Shown here piece after piece: positions 24,495-32,000 of a stretch of 32,000 bases of DNA. The DNA is taken from the NCBI GenBank assembly GCA_965230905.1, contig OZ246396.1, positions 900,001 to 932,000 of the forward strand, in the 5' to 3' direction. Position 1 is the first letter of the stretch. Each line of letters opens with the position of its first letter. The stretch comes from Candidatus Saccharimonadota bacterium (GTDB taxonomy: Bacteria > Patescibacteriota > Gracilibacteria > UBA1369 > 2-02-FULL-48-14). The translations under genes were made by a program, and so were the position numbers. The notes beneath the pieces were generated by a model that ran no database searches, was not told where the DNA came from, and worked only from the letters and a program-made list of their open reading frames with translations.

Positions 24495-24996
24495 TTATTT
24501 TAAAACATCTGGGCCAAGCTTTTTCGCCTCTTCTATGAAGAAATCTTGCCAAGCTTTTTTGTCGAGATCTTGGATCATATGGGGATAATCTTCGGCTTTG
24601 GTGGCTTTGACAAATTGAGTGCCGAGTTGGATGGGGTCTATGTGCCAGTCGAATTTGATTTTTGCTGTCTTGATCAAATCGTGGATTGAAAGGGTTTCTT
24701 TTTTGCAAATACAATAAAGATCAATGTAATCGCGTGCTTTGCAGCGTTGGTAGATGGTGAAGAGTTTGTTCACAGCAATGTCTAAGAGGCTGTCGACGGC
24801 GACGCCAAATTTTTTCTGACCAGTCTTAATCCTTGGGAATGGGTAATAGGTGAACTCCATCTTCAGAATAACGGTGGAAGAGATAAAAACCCGCGAGTGC
24901 GGTGCCTCCGCTCAAGTAGAAATTTTTCACTAAAAAAGGGTGCCGCCCTATTTCTTCAAGTAAAGCAATTTGTCGTTCAGTGAGGATTTTTTCCAT
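24495..24996 (-). pseudogene. AbiEii/AbiGii-type nucleotidyltransferase toxin gene, frameshifted and probably internally deleted
   Basis: The N-terminal frame (ATG 24996) reads MEKILTERQIALLEEIGRHPFLVKNFYLSGGTALAGFYLFHRYSED and stops at 24826-24828. The C-terminal part (24495..24860) is in another frame and carries VAVDSLLDIAVNKL...RDYIDLY. Confidence 0.65.
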
Positions 24997-25183
24997 TGAG
25001 TAGCAATTGAATGAACTTTGCTCGCGATGGGTCCAGTATGAGTTTGGAGAAGTACTTTTTCACGTCTTTCTTTGCTATTTTCTTTCCGTTCAAACCGAAG
25101 TTGATGGCCTGTTCCAGGCTCCAAATTTTGAACTTTTCGGAGTTTTTATTTAAAGCGGCTGTGTTGGTATTCCAATTGTACAT
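24977..25183 (-). CDS. small protein upstream of the AbiEii remnant (antitoxin-position gene)
   Basis: 68 aa. It overlaps the AbiEii-like start by 20 nt. KIWSLEQAINFGLNGKKI...LDPSRAKFIQLLL resembles small proteins I recall upstream of such toxins. Tentative. Confidence 0.5.
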   Translation of the reverse strand: MYNWNTNTAALNKNSEKFKIWSLEQAINFGLNGKKIAKKDVKKYFSKLILDPSRAKFIQLLLNGKNPH

Positions 25184-25208
25184 GGCTTCATTCTACATGA
25201 TCCCGACA

Positions 25209-25226
25209 AAGGGCACTAGACCCGAG
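25209..25226 (+). repeat. core repeat, left part only, copy G (right arm replaced)
   Basis: AAGGGCACTAGACCCGAG matches 17 of 18 positions of the core left part. The right arm is CTGAATCG instead of TGGCCAGCCA. It overlaps the last codons and stop of the kinase gene. Confidence 0.6.
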
Positions 25227-25974
25227 CTGAATCGTTTGTAATGATCCAAGCGGCTGACTCTGCAGTGGGTTTGACGTGTTCGTAATGCATTCTACGGACG
25301 GTTTCCCATAGATATTTAAGTTCTGTTTCTAAAGTGCGGCCAGCTAGTTTGTTTTCTAGTACGTCGCGGCGAACTCTTCTTCTCATGCACTCGAGGAAAG
25401 GAACGTGTACGTAAACACCCATCCCGGGACTTGCTTGGATTCTGCCGTCCAAAACAAAAAGGCCTTCGACGATGATCAGTCTCTGTGGATCTATCCATTG
25501 TGTCCCGTCCGGCTCATGGGTGGTCTTGCTGTATACCGGAGCCTCTGCTTTTCTACCGGCGGCTAACTCCATAATGACTCTGTTGGCTGAATCAAGATCG
25601 ACAGCAGCGGGATGGTCCCAATTGGGTACGCTTGCCGCAATCATTGCTTTGTCGCCTGTATAAAAATGATCGGTTGAGAGTATAAGAGAGTCTGAAACTT
25701 CGGCTGCTAGTTTTTCTGCGATCACGCTTGTTTTCCCTGAACCGGTTGGGCCGGCTACACATATAACCACAGAATTGCTTTGTGCTAAGCTAGCGTGAAT
25801 GGCTTGGGTCAACGCAGCGACTCCTTCTTGTACCGCAAGAACTCGCTGGTCAGGCCGTGGCTGCATGGTTTCCACTTCATCCAATTGGCCTCGTACCTCC
25901 TGAATTAAAGGATCTAGCTCCGGATGGTGTTCTCCGGCCAGATCGAGGAGTTCACGTAGATTTAATTCTTTCAT
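25216..25974 (-). CDS. uridine kinase / phosphoribulokinase-family P-loop kinase with an N-terminal extension of about 65 aa
   Basis: VICVAGPTGSGKTS (Walker A), ILSTDHFY and LIIVEGLF are typical of Udk-family kinases. Confidence 0.8.
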   Translation of the reverse strand: MKELNLRELLDLAGEHHPELDPLIQEVRGQLDEVETMQPRPDQRVLAVQEGVAALTQAIHASLAQSNSVVICVAGPTGSGKTSVIAEKLAAEVSDSLILSTDHFYTGDKAMIAASVPNWDHPAAVDLDSANRVIMELAAGRKAEAPVYSKTTHEPDGTQWIDPQRLIIVEGLFVLDGRIQASPGMGVYVHVPFLECMRRRVRRDVLENKLAGRTLETELKYLWETVRRMHYEHVKPTAESAAWIITNDSARV

Positions 25975-26025
25975 AAGCGAGTCTTTTTTAGAAGATCCGA
26001 TTTTAACGCATTTGTATTTGAAGTA

Positions 26026-26042
26026 AAGGGTACGAGCCTGAG
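26026..26042 (+). repeat. weak core-like sequence, copy H
   Basis: AAGGGTACGAGCCTGAG shares the first 8 nt and the terminal GAG with the core. Its flank TTGATTTT loosely resembles the right arm of copy G. Confidence 0.25.
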
Positions 26043-26083
26043 TTGATTTTGTCAGGGCTACTCTGCTGTGCTAGTCTTGGTGT

Positions 26084-26464
26084 ATGCAAGAACTTGCCCG
26101 ATCAGTCGCTGAAAAATTTCCCAGCATCAAGCTGGTTTATTTGTTTGGATCCAGGGGGCGGGGAGATGAGGGGCCTTTGAGCGACTATGATTTTGCGGTT
26201 TATCTTGAGGAACAAAAGAAGGAGCGACGCGGCCAGCTGCACTTGGAAATTTTGAATGAACTCACATCGGCGCTCAAAACGGATGCCGTGGATTTGGTGA
26301 TTTTGAATGATCTCGATATGCCTGAGATGAAATACGACATCATTGCCGAAGGAAAGCTTCTGTTTGAAGAAGAGCCCTTTTCACTTTTGGTGGAGCCATA
26401 TATTTTGAATGATTATTTTGATTTTAGGGAAGGCCTGCGGATGAATAACTTAACCAAGGCTTAA
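26084..26464 (+). CDS. mntA: MntA-type nucleotidyltransferase (antitoxin of a HepT/MntA pair)
   Basis: LFGSRGRGDEGPLSDYDF is the minimal NTase GSx(n)DxD motif. The next gene starts immediately after this gene's stop codon. Confidence 0.85.
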   Translation: MQELARSVAEKFPSIKLVYLFGSRGRGDEGPLSDYDFAVYLEEQKKERRGQLHLEILNELTSALKTDAVDLVILNDLDMPEMKYDIIAEGKLLFEEEPFSLLVEPYILNDYFDFREGLRMNNLTKA

Positions 26465-26878
26465 ATGAATGCTGCTCATGTTTTGGAGAACAAAATAAGC
26501 ACCGTACGGAAATACCTGCTTGGTTTGAATGCTTTTCAGACGTATAGCAAAGAGGAAATCCTTTCGGACGACATGAAACTCCGTGCGCTGGAGCGGCAGC
26601 TTTATTTGCTCACTCAATCGACCATTGATCTTGCTGAGGCGGTCCTTTCCAAAAAAAGACTTCGCAAGCCCATGACATACAAAGAGAATTTTGAGGTTTT
26701 GAGTGAAGCGGGTCTCATTTCGAAAGTGCTTCTGGAAAAGATGATCAATATGGCTGGGTTTCGAAACATATTGGCCCATCAGTATGTAGCTTTGGATAAC
26801 GATAAGCTATACGATGTGCTTGTTACGAGTTCGAAAGACATTGGCCTCTTTTTAAATGAGCTCGAGGATAATCTCTAA
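26465..26878 (+). CDS. hepT: HepT-type HEPN (DUF86) toxin
   Basis: FRNILAHQY is the R-x4-H HEPN motif at the usual C-terminal position. 137 aa. Confidence 0.85.
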   Translation: MNAAHVLENKISTVRKYLLGLNAFQTYSKEEILSDDMKLRALERQLYLLTQSTIDLAEAVLSKKRLRKPMTYKENFEVLSEAGLISKVLLEKMINMAGFRNILAHQYVALDNDKLYDVLVTSSKDIGLFLNELEDNL

Positions 26879-26896
26879 GTTTTTAACACTCTTCTT

Positions 26897-27202
26897 ATGA
26901 AAACCTGTATCAGTTGTGGAATGCCTCTGGATGCGGAGCATGGATTCGGAACCGAAACTGCGGTGGGCGGCGTGTGTGATTATTGCATTGGCGACAGTGG
27001 ACTTCCCAAAGATTGCGACACGATTTTTGAAGGAGGGGTGCAGTTTTTTAGCACCGTGGATGGAGTGGATAAGGAGCTTGCGGAGCGTGTTACCCGAAAA
27101 AATATGAACGAGCTGCCTTACTGGAAAGAACACCGCACGGCGTGTTTGGATGGTGAGCAGGCGACGGACGAGGAATTTGGTGCGGTGCTTTCTAAGCTTT
27201 AA
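26897..27202 (+). CDS. zinc-ribbon domain protein
   Basis: The N-terminus carries CISCGMP...CDYC, a pattern seen in small zinc-ribbon proteins. Its 3' end overlaps msrA convergently by 11 nt. Confidence 0.65.
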   Translation: MKTCISCGMPLDAEHGFGTETAVGGVCDYCIGDSGLPKDCDTIFEGGVQFFSTVDGVDKELAERVTRKNMNELPYWKEHRTACLDGEQATDEEFGAVLSKL

Positions 27203-27722
27203 GCAGTTCGCGGAATTTTTCTTTGAGTTTGGAGAGTTTGGGATTGATCACGAACTGGCAGTAGGGCTGCAGCACGTTTCGTGCGTAGTAGTTTTTGTGA
27301 GTGTCTTCGGCTTCGTAAAAAGTTTCCAGCGGCTGGATTTGGGTGACGATGAGGTCGGACACGTCTTTTTGAGCTTCTTGTAGGTAGGCTTCGGCGGCGG
27401 TTTTTTGTTCGGGCGAAGTGGTGAGAATAATGGAGCGGTACTGCGTGCCCACGTCGTTGCCTTGGCGGTTCAGGGTGGTGGGGTCGTGGGTGCCAAAAAA
27501 GACGGCCAACAAGTTTTGGTAGGAAATTTTTGTGGGGTCGAAGGCGATTTTAATGGCTTCGGCGTGACCCGTGCGGCCGCTGCAAACAGCTTCGTAGCTT
27601 GGGTTCGGGGTGGTGCCACCGGCGTAACCGGGCCAGACTTCCACTACGCCCTCGAGTGCTTGGTAAATGGCCTCGGTGCACCAGAAGCATCCTCCTCCAA
27701 AAACAGCGATTTCGGTTTTCAT
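27192..27722 (-). CDS. msrA: peptide-methionine (S)-S-oxide reductase
   Basis: AVFGGGCFWCTEA is the catalytic motif. I prefer the ATG at 27722 (MKTEIAVFGGGCFWC) over the track GTG at 27728. TATAAT lies 6 nt upstream. Confidence 0.95.
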   Translation of the reverse strand: MKTEIAVFGGGCFWCTEAIYQALEGVVEVWPGYAGGTTPNPSYEAVCSGRTGHAEAIKIAFDPTKISYQNLLAVFFGTHDPTTLNRQGNDVGTQYRSIILTTSPEQKTAAEAYLQEAQKDVSDLIVTQIQPLETFYEAEDTHKNYYARNVLQPYCQFVINPKLSKLKEKFRELLKA

Positions 27723-27787
27723 GCGCACATTATAACATAGGCGGGAGCGATTGAAGCAGGGAAGGCTTTGGTGTAGACTCCGAGTCT

Positions 27788-28627
27788 ATGAAAATGCTCA
27801 TCTTTGGAAAGGGGTACATTGCGAACAAGTTCAAGGCGTATTTTGATGGCGCGGAAATTTCGGATGTGCGGATTGAAGATATTTCGGCCGTGAAGGCGGA
27901 GCTGGAGCGGGTGAGGCCGGACGTGGTGGTTAATTGCGCGGGGAAGACGGGGCGGCCCAACGTGGATTGGTGCGAGGATCATAAAATGGAAACCCTGTTT
28001 GGAAATGTGACGGTTCCGCTTATTTTAGCTAAGGCATGCGAAGAACTGGGTGTTTATATGGTGCATATTGGCAGCGGATGCGTGTACGAAGGCTACAAAG
28101 ATGGCGTGGGTTACAGCGAAGACGATGAACCCAATTTCGCCGGCTCGTATTACTCCCGAACCAAGGCGTGGGGTGAGCGCATGCTTAAAGATTTTGCGGT
28201 GCTGCAACTGCGCTTGCGTATGCCGTTTGATAGCATTCCGGGCGAGCGCAATTTCATCACGAAAATTATTAAGTACAAGAAAGTGATTTCAGTGCCGAAT
28301 TCCATCAGCGTGCTGGACGATTTTTTGATGGCCGCCGATGCGCTCATCGCCAAAAAAGCCACGGGCATTTACAATGTGACCAACCCGGGCACCATCGATC
28401 ATCAAGCCATTTTGGATATGTACATTGAACTGGTGGATCCTAGTTATACATACGAACTTTTTTCGCTCGATGAATTGGCAAAGGTCACCAAGGCGGGGCG
28501 GTCCAACTGTGGACTTTCCGTACAAAAACTCGAGGATGCGGGCATTCATTTGCGGCCGGTGGAACTGGCAGTTCGCGAATCGCTGATTACTTATAGAAAA
28601 AATCTAGAGAACGGCGTTTCGATGTGA
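27788..28627 (+). CDS. NAD-dependent sugar-nucleotide epimerase/reductase (dTDP-4-dehydrorhamnose-reductase-like)
   Basis: LIFGKGYIANKF (a variant Rossmann loop), VVNCAGKTGRPNVDWCEDHK, and a YSRTK catalytic YxxxK. Confidence 0.75.
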   Translation: MKMLIFGKGYIANKFKAYFDGAEISDVRIEDISAVKAELERVRPDVVVNCAGKTGRPNVDWCEDHKMETLFGNVTVPLILAKACEELGVYMVHIGSGCVYEGYKDGVGYSEDDEPNFAGSYYSRTKAWGERMLKDFAVLQLRLRMPFDSIPGERNFITKIIKYKKVISVPNSISVLDDFLMAADALIAKKATGIYNVTNPGTIDHQAILDMYIELVDPSYTYELFSLDELAKVTKAGRSNCGLSVQKLEDAGIHLRPVELAVRESLITYRKNLENGVSM

Positions 28628-28652
28628 TACAGTTTGGCTATAAAAACTTTCC

Positions 28653-29774
28653 ATGCCCAAAGAAAAGTTTAATCCAAAGAATTTAGTGCTGCACGATTTT
28701 GCACGCTACTTTTTCCTGGCTGCCGTGGTGGCGGTGCTCGGGCTCTTCTTTTGGGTGATTTCCCCCTTTTTCAATGTGCTGATCTACGCGTGTTTGATTG
28801 TGGTTTTGTTCCACCCTTTCTATTGCTGGATGCTTAAAAAAGTGAAGGGGCACAAGGGTATTTCTGCTTTTCTCACGACTTTTCTGGTGACGCTCATGGT
28901 TTTGGCCCCGCTGTCTTTGTTCGCATTTTTTGTGGTTCAACAAGCCGTGGATGCCTACAATCTGCTCGATCAAAAACTCATGGAAACGAACTTCAACGAC
29001 CTGGAACTTTCCGGTGCGTTTAGTGACTTACCGTTGGTGGGAGAGTGGTGGACGCGTTTTACGGAGCGCTATGGTTTTGATGAGGTTTTTGAAGGCCGCA
29101 TCGATGTGCTCCAAATCATTCAAGATGTGGGGGAAAGTGTGACGACCTTTATTGTGTCGCAAGGAGCCAATATTGTGAAAAGCTTGGGGAACTTTGTGGT
29201 CACGCTCTTTATTTTGCTGCTCACCATGTTCTTCTTCTTTAGAGATGGGGAAGACATCGCCTCTTTTTTGAAAAACATGAGCCCGCTGCCCACCAAATAC
29301 GAAAATGAAATTCAACGTAAACTACGCGCCACCACGCACGCTATTGTGCTCGGGAACTTTGCCACGGCTTTCATCCAAGGAGCGGTGGCGGCGATTGGTT
29401 TTGCTATTGCGGGCGTGAACAATGTGATTTTTTGGGGGACCATTATGGCCTTCACCTCGCTGATTCCTTACCTGGGTGCTTCGCTCATTTGGTTTCCTGT
29501 GGCGCTGGCTTTCTTGCTCCAAGGTGAAATGGGCTGGGGAATTTTCCTTCTTATTTGGGGAGGGGCGGTGGTTTCTATGGTGGACAATGTGGTGCGTCCC
29601 CTCTTTATTGGGAACCGCACTAAAATGCATCCGCTGGCGACCTTCTTGGCGGTGCTCGGTGGAATCTTTGTGTTTGGACTCAAGGGCATTATTTTTGGCC
29701 CCCTCATCCTAAGCTTAACGGTGACGATCATCCATATTTACCAATTGGAATACCGTCACGTGCTACGCCCATAA
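28653..29774 (+). CDS. AI-2E family transporter (PerM/UPF0118)
   Basis: 373 aa, about 8 TM, with a conserved C-terminal region VDNVVRPLFIG...HPLATFLAVLGG. Confidence 0.9.
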   Translation: MPKEKFNPKNLVLHDFARYFFLAAVVAVLGLFFWVISPFFNVLIYACLIVVLFHPFYCWMLKKVKGHKGISAFLTTFLVTLMVLAPLSLFAFFVVQQAVDAYNLLDQKLMETNFNDLELSGAFSDLPLVGEWWTRFTERYGFDEVFEGRIDVLQIIQDVGESVTTFIVSQGANIVKSLGNFVVTLFILLLTMFFFFRDGEDIASFLKNMSPLPTKYENEIQRKLRATTHAIVLGNFATAFIQGAVAAIGFAIAGVNNVIFWGTIMAFTSLIPYLGASLIWFPVALAFLLQGEMGWGIFLLIWGGAVVSMVDNVVRPLFIGNRTKMHPLATFLAVLGGIFVFGLKGIIFGPLILSLTVTIIHIYQLEYRHVLRP

Positions 29775-29785
29775 GGCTCGCGCCC

Positions 29786-31249
29786 TTAACCCGAATGGCG
29801 TTCGGCGAGTTCCAAGAGGCTGCGAATGGCCACGGCGGTTGAGCCGTATTTTGTGCTGGGCGTGGGTTTTTCCACCCAAGCGCTGCCCGCCACATCCAAG
29901 TGAATCCAAGCGCTCTTATCGGTGACGAAGTGTTTGAGGAAGGCGCCGCCCATAATGGACCCGGCACGGATGCCGTCGGTGGAGTTGGCGAGGTCAGAAA
30001 AAGTTCCTTTGCAGGCTTTTACAAAGTCCTCATCCAGAGGGAAAGGCCAGCTGCGCTCGCCGGTTTGTTTGCTGCAGTCCATGTATTCGTCCACAATTTT
30101 TTGTTGATTCCCCATCACTCCGGTGATGTGGTAACCCAGGGCAACGGTCACGGCTCCAGTTAGAGTCGCAATGTCCACCATCACTTTGGGTTCAAAGTTC
30201 TTTTGAGTGTAGGAAAGTCCGTCGGCCAGCACCATGCGCCCTTCGGCGTCGGTGTTGTTGATTTCAATGGTTTTTCCGTTGTAAGCCGTAACCACGTCGC
30301 CGGGGTGAACCGCCAAATGAGAGATGGCGTTTTCGGCGCAGCAGAGCACTCCCACAAAGTAACCGGTCAGCTTGGCTTCCGCGATTCCCTGCATGAGCGC
30401 AATCACGGTGGCGGCTCCGGTCATATCGAGTTTCATGTCTTCAATGTAACCGGTTGGTTTGAGGTTCAATCCTCCGGTGTCGAAGGTGATTCCTTTTCCC
30501 ACAAAGGCCATGTTGGCTTGCTTGGCTTTGCTCTTGTTGCGGTATTCCAAAATCACCATGCGGGAGCCCACTTGTGCGCCTTGTCCAACCGCATAAATGG
30601 CACCGCAGCCCATTTTTTTGAGTTGCTTGTCGTCGAAGACGGTGGCTTTGATTTTGTATTTTTTAGCCATGGCCACGCCGGCATCGGCCACATCTTGCGT
30701 GTTCAAATTTCCCGCGCAGGTGTTCACCATGTCTCGCATCGGTTCCGTCACTTTCATGAAGAGGTTCACTTTATTGAGCGCGGCTTTGGTCTTTGCAGTT
30801 GTGGGGCAAATGAAGGTGAGTTCGTTGGTTAGCACGGCTTTTTTATCTGGAGTTTTGTAGCGTTTGAAATCGTAGGAACCCAGTGCAGCTCCATAGGCCA
30901 AGGTAGAAAAATCTGCTTCGCTGACCCAAGCGGCTGCGCTTTGCGCTTTGGCTGCTTTACATAGGTCAGGCAGGCGTCCGCCCAGGTGTTCAAGGGCTTG
31001 AGGAATTTCTTTTCCCACTTCGCCGCGGCCCACCAAAACGATGCGCTTCCACTTTCCACCGTCTGCAAAAAGAGTGAGGGTCTGCCCTTCTTCACCTTCA
31101 AAATCCTTGGCCTTGAAACGTGCTTCCACTTGCTTGCTCAGCGCGCTGCCCAGAGCGGATTGCATGGCTTTGGAAAGGCCTTCGCCTTTGGCTAAAACCA
31201 AAAAAAGTACATCAGCAGAAACAGGGCTGGCGGAGAGGGCGATTTGCAT
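29786..31249 (-). CDS. pepA: leucyl aminopeptidase (M17)
   Basis: NTDAEGRMVLAD signature, plus VGKGITFDTGG. Confidence 0.95.
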   Translation of the reverse strand: MQIALSASPVSADVLFLVLAKGEGLSKAMQSALGSALSKQVEARFKAKDFEGEEGQTLTLFADGGKWKRIVLVGRGEVGKEIPQALEHLGGRLPDLCKAAKAQSAAAWVSEADFSTLAYGAALGSYDFKRYKTPDKKAVLTNELTFICPTTAKTKAALNKVNLFMKVTEPMRDMVNTCAGNLNTQDVADAGVAMAKKYKIKATVFDDKQLKKMGCGAIYAVGQGAQVGSRMVILEYRNKSKAKQANMAFVGKGITFDTGGLNLKPTGYIEDMKLDMTGAATVIALMQGIAEAKLTGYFVGVLCCAENAISHLAVHPGDVVTAYNGKTIEINNTDAEGRMVLADGLSYTQKNFEPKVMVDIATLTGAVTVALGYHITGVMGNQQKIVDEYMDCSKQTGERSWPFPLDEDFVKACKGTFSDLANSTDGIRAGSIMGGAFLKHFVTDKSAWIHLDVAGSAWVEKPTPSTKYGSTAVAIRSLLELAERHSG

Positions 31250-31326
31250 AAGTCAAAATGTTAAAAGGCGTTGTAGGCAGCTTACAACCGATTGAATTTT
31301 AGGTAAAGCTGTGCGTAAATGAATCC

Positions 31327-32000
31327 ATGCACAAACATCTTTTATATTACTTTTCAGCCTTCATTTGTGGGATGGCGGTTATGGCTGTGGAGGTGAGTGC
31401 GGCGCGCCTGCTCGCTCCGTACTTTGGAAATTCTCTGTATGTGTGGACCAATATTCTTGGGCTGGTTATGGTGGCGCTCGCTGCAGGATATTATTTTGGT
31501 GGACGGCTGGCGGATAAGCATCCGAATCGGGATGCGTATTTTGCGCTCGTTTTTTTGACGGGTGTGTGGACGGTGCTGATTCCGTTTGCTGCACCTGCGT
31601 TGTTTGAAAATTTGACGACCGGGTTTCCTAATTTGGCGCTTACGGTGAAGTGGGGATCTTTTTTTGCGGTGGGGTTTTTATTGACCGTGCCCATGTTTTT
31701 GCTGGGAATGATTGTGCCTTTCACGGTTAAATTGGTGATTAAAAATGTCGCTAGTATGGGCCGCGAGTCGGGGCAGATTTCCACGGTTTCTACGCTGGGA
31801 AGTTTGTTGGGAACTTTTTTGCCGGCCTTTTTGCTGATTCCCACCATGGGGACGACCAAAACCTTTGTGTTCATTGGGCTCGTTTTAATTTTCCTCGCGG
31901 CTTTTGGTTTGCGAAAATGGTGGGCGGGCCTCTTGGCGTTGGCGGGGCTAGGACTTTTTTTGGTGGTGCCGCCGGTATACGCCAATGGCGATGTGATTCA
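31327..32000 (+). CDS. spermidine-synthase-like fused membrane protein, N-terminal membrane domain (3' partial)
   Basis: ATG at 31327, open to the window end. Translation MHKHLLYYFSAFICGMAVMAVEVSAARLLAPYFGNSLYVWTNILGLVMVALAAGYYFGGRLAD is typical of this family. It is absent from the track, and the antisense track ORF 31491..31985 is judged spurious. Confidence 0.75.
   Translation, partial: MHKHLLYYFSAFICGMAVMAVEVSAARLLAPYFGNSLYVWTNILGLVMVALAAGYYFGGRLADKHPNRDAYFALVFLTGVWTVLIPFAAPALFENLTTGFPNLALTVKWGSFFAVGFLLTVPMFLLGMIVPFTVKLVIKNVASMGRESGQISTVSTLGSLLGTFLPAFLLIPTMGTTKTFVFIGLVLIFLAAFGLRKWWAGLLALAGLGLFLVVPPVYANGDVI

Noticed and set aside
5305-25226. The 28-bp repeats as a CRISPR array
   Set aside because: The repeats are separated by 0.5-17 kb of gene-bearing DNA, not by spacers of 25-50 bp. 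No cas genes were recognised.
23722-25241. Track ORFs ending in ...KGTRPEWPANI (23722..23994) and ...KGTRPELNRL (25011..25241), as a conserved peptide
   Set aside because: The shared peptide is just the plus-frame translation of the repeated DNA. Both ORFs are antisense to better-supported genes.
5220-26042. The repeats as classical integron attC sites
   Set aside because: I found no RYYYAAC / GTTRRRY boxes at the boundaries and no long imperfect palindrome of attC type. Cassette genes lie in both orientations. No IntI-like gene or attI is visible.
27723-27728. GTG start for msrA at 27728
   Set aside because: The ATG at 27722 gives the typical N-terminus MKTEIAVFGGGCFWC and sits 6 nt downstream of a TATAAT. 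The GTG would overlap that hexamer.
30203-30832. 209-aa plus-strand ORF, and other antisense ORFs inside pepA
   Set aside because: It is antisense to a clear M17 aminopeptidase gene. The G/H/V-rich translation is typical of a shadow ORF in GC-richer DNA.
31491-31985. 164-aa minus-strand ORF
   Set aside because: It is antisense to the open plus-strand frame from 31327, which has a strong family signature (spermidine-synthase-like membrane domain). The minus ORF is a low-complexity K/P/A-rich shadow.

Overview
The window is a mosaic. An AT-richer accessory region (about 1-25.2 kb) joins a GC-richer housekeeping block (about 25.2-32 kb). I recognised no tRNA, rRNA, CRISPR array, transposase or integrase.

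Housekeeping block: a uridine-kinase-family gene, an MntA/HepT toxin-antitoxin pair, a zinc-ribbon protein, msrA, a sugar-nucleotide reductase, an AI-2E permease, pepA, and a partial spermidine-synthase-like membrane protein.

The accessory region has three parts:
1. A left block of poorly characterised genes (1-5.2 kb). It holds the 5' end of a ParB-domain gene, a winged-helix protein divergent from an HEPN-like protein, a multi-zinc-ribbon/HTH protein, and an operon of basic protein, ComEC-type MBL hydrolase and 4-TM protein.
2. A metal-homeostasis island of about 17 kb. It holds HupE/UreJ, ArsR plus a P1B-ATPase plus uppP, DUF305, a YHS protein, a CsoR/RcnR-family repressor, an FAD oxidoreductase, a TVP38 protein, and a CusAB-like RND pump with accessory lipoproteins.
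3. A run of short gene cassettes (22.5-26 kb), several of them decayed.

The most unusual signal is a family of repeats, all in the same orientation:
- A 28-bp core, AAGGGTACTAGACCCGAGTGGCCAGCCA, occurs at least 6-7 times at cassette boundaries.
- Two 113-bp long forms of it bracket the metal island.
- A second conserved module of about 57 nt, with a 27-nt invariant centre, occurs twice.

The arrangement looks like a cassette array or tandem-integration site that uses a recombination site unlike integron attC, Xer/dif or tRNA-type att sites. No recombinase is visible in the window. All protein family calls rest on motif recognition by eye, not on searches.
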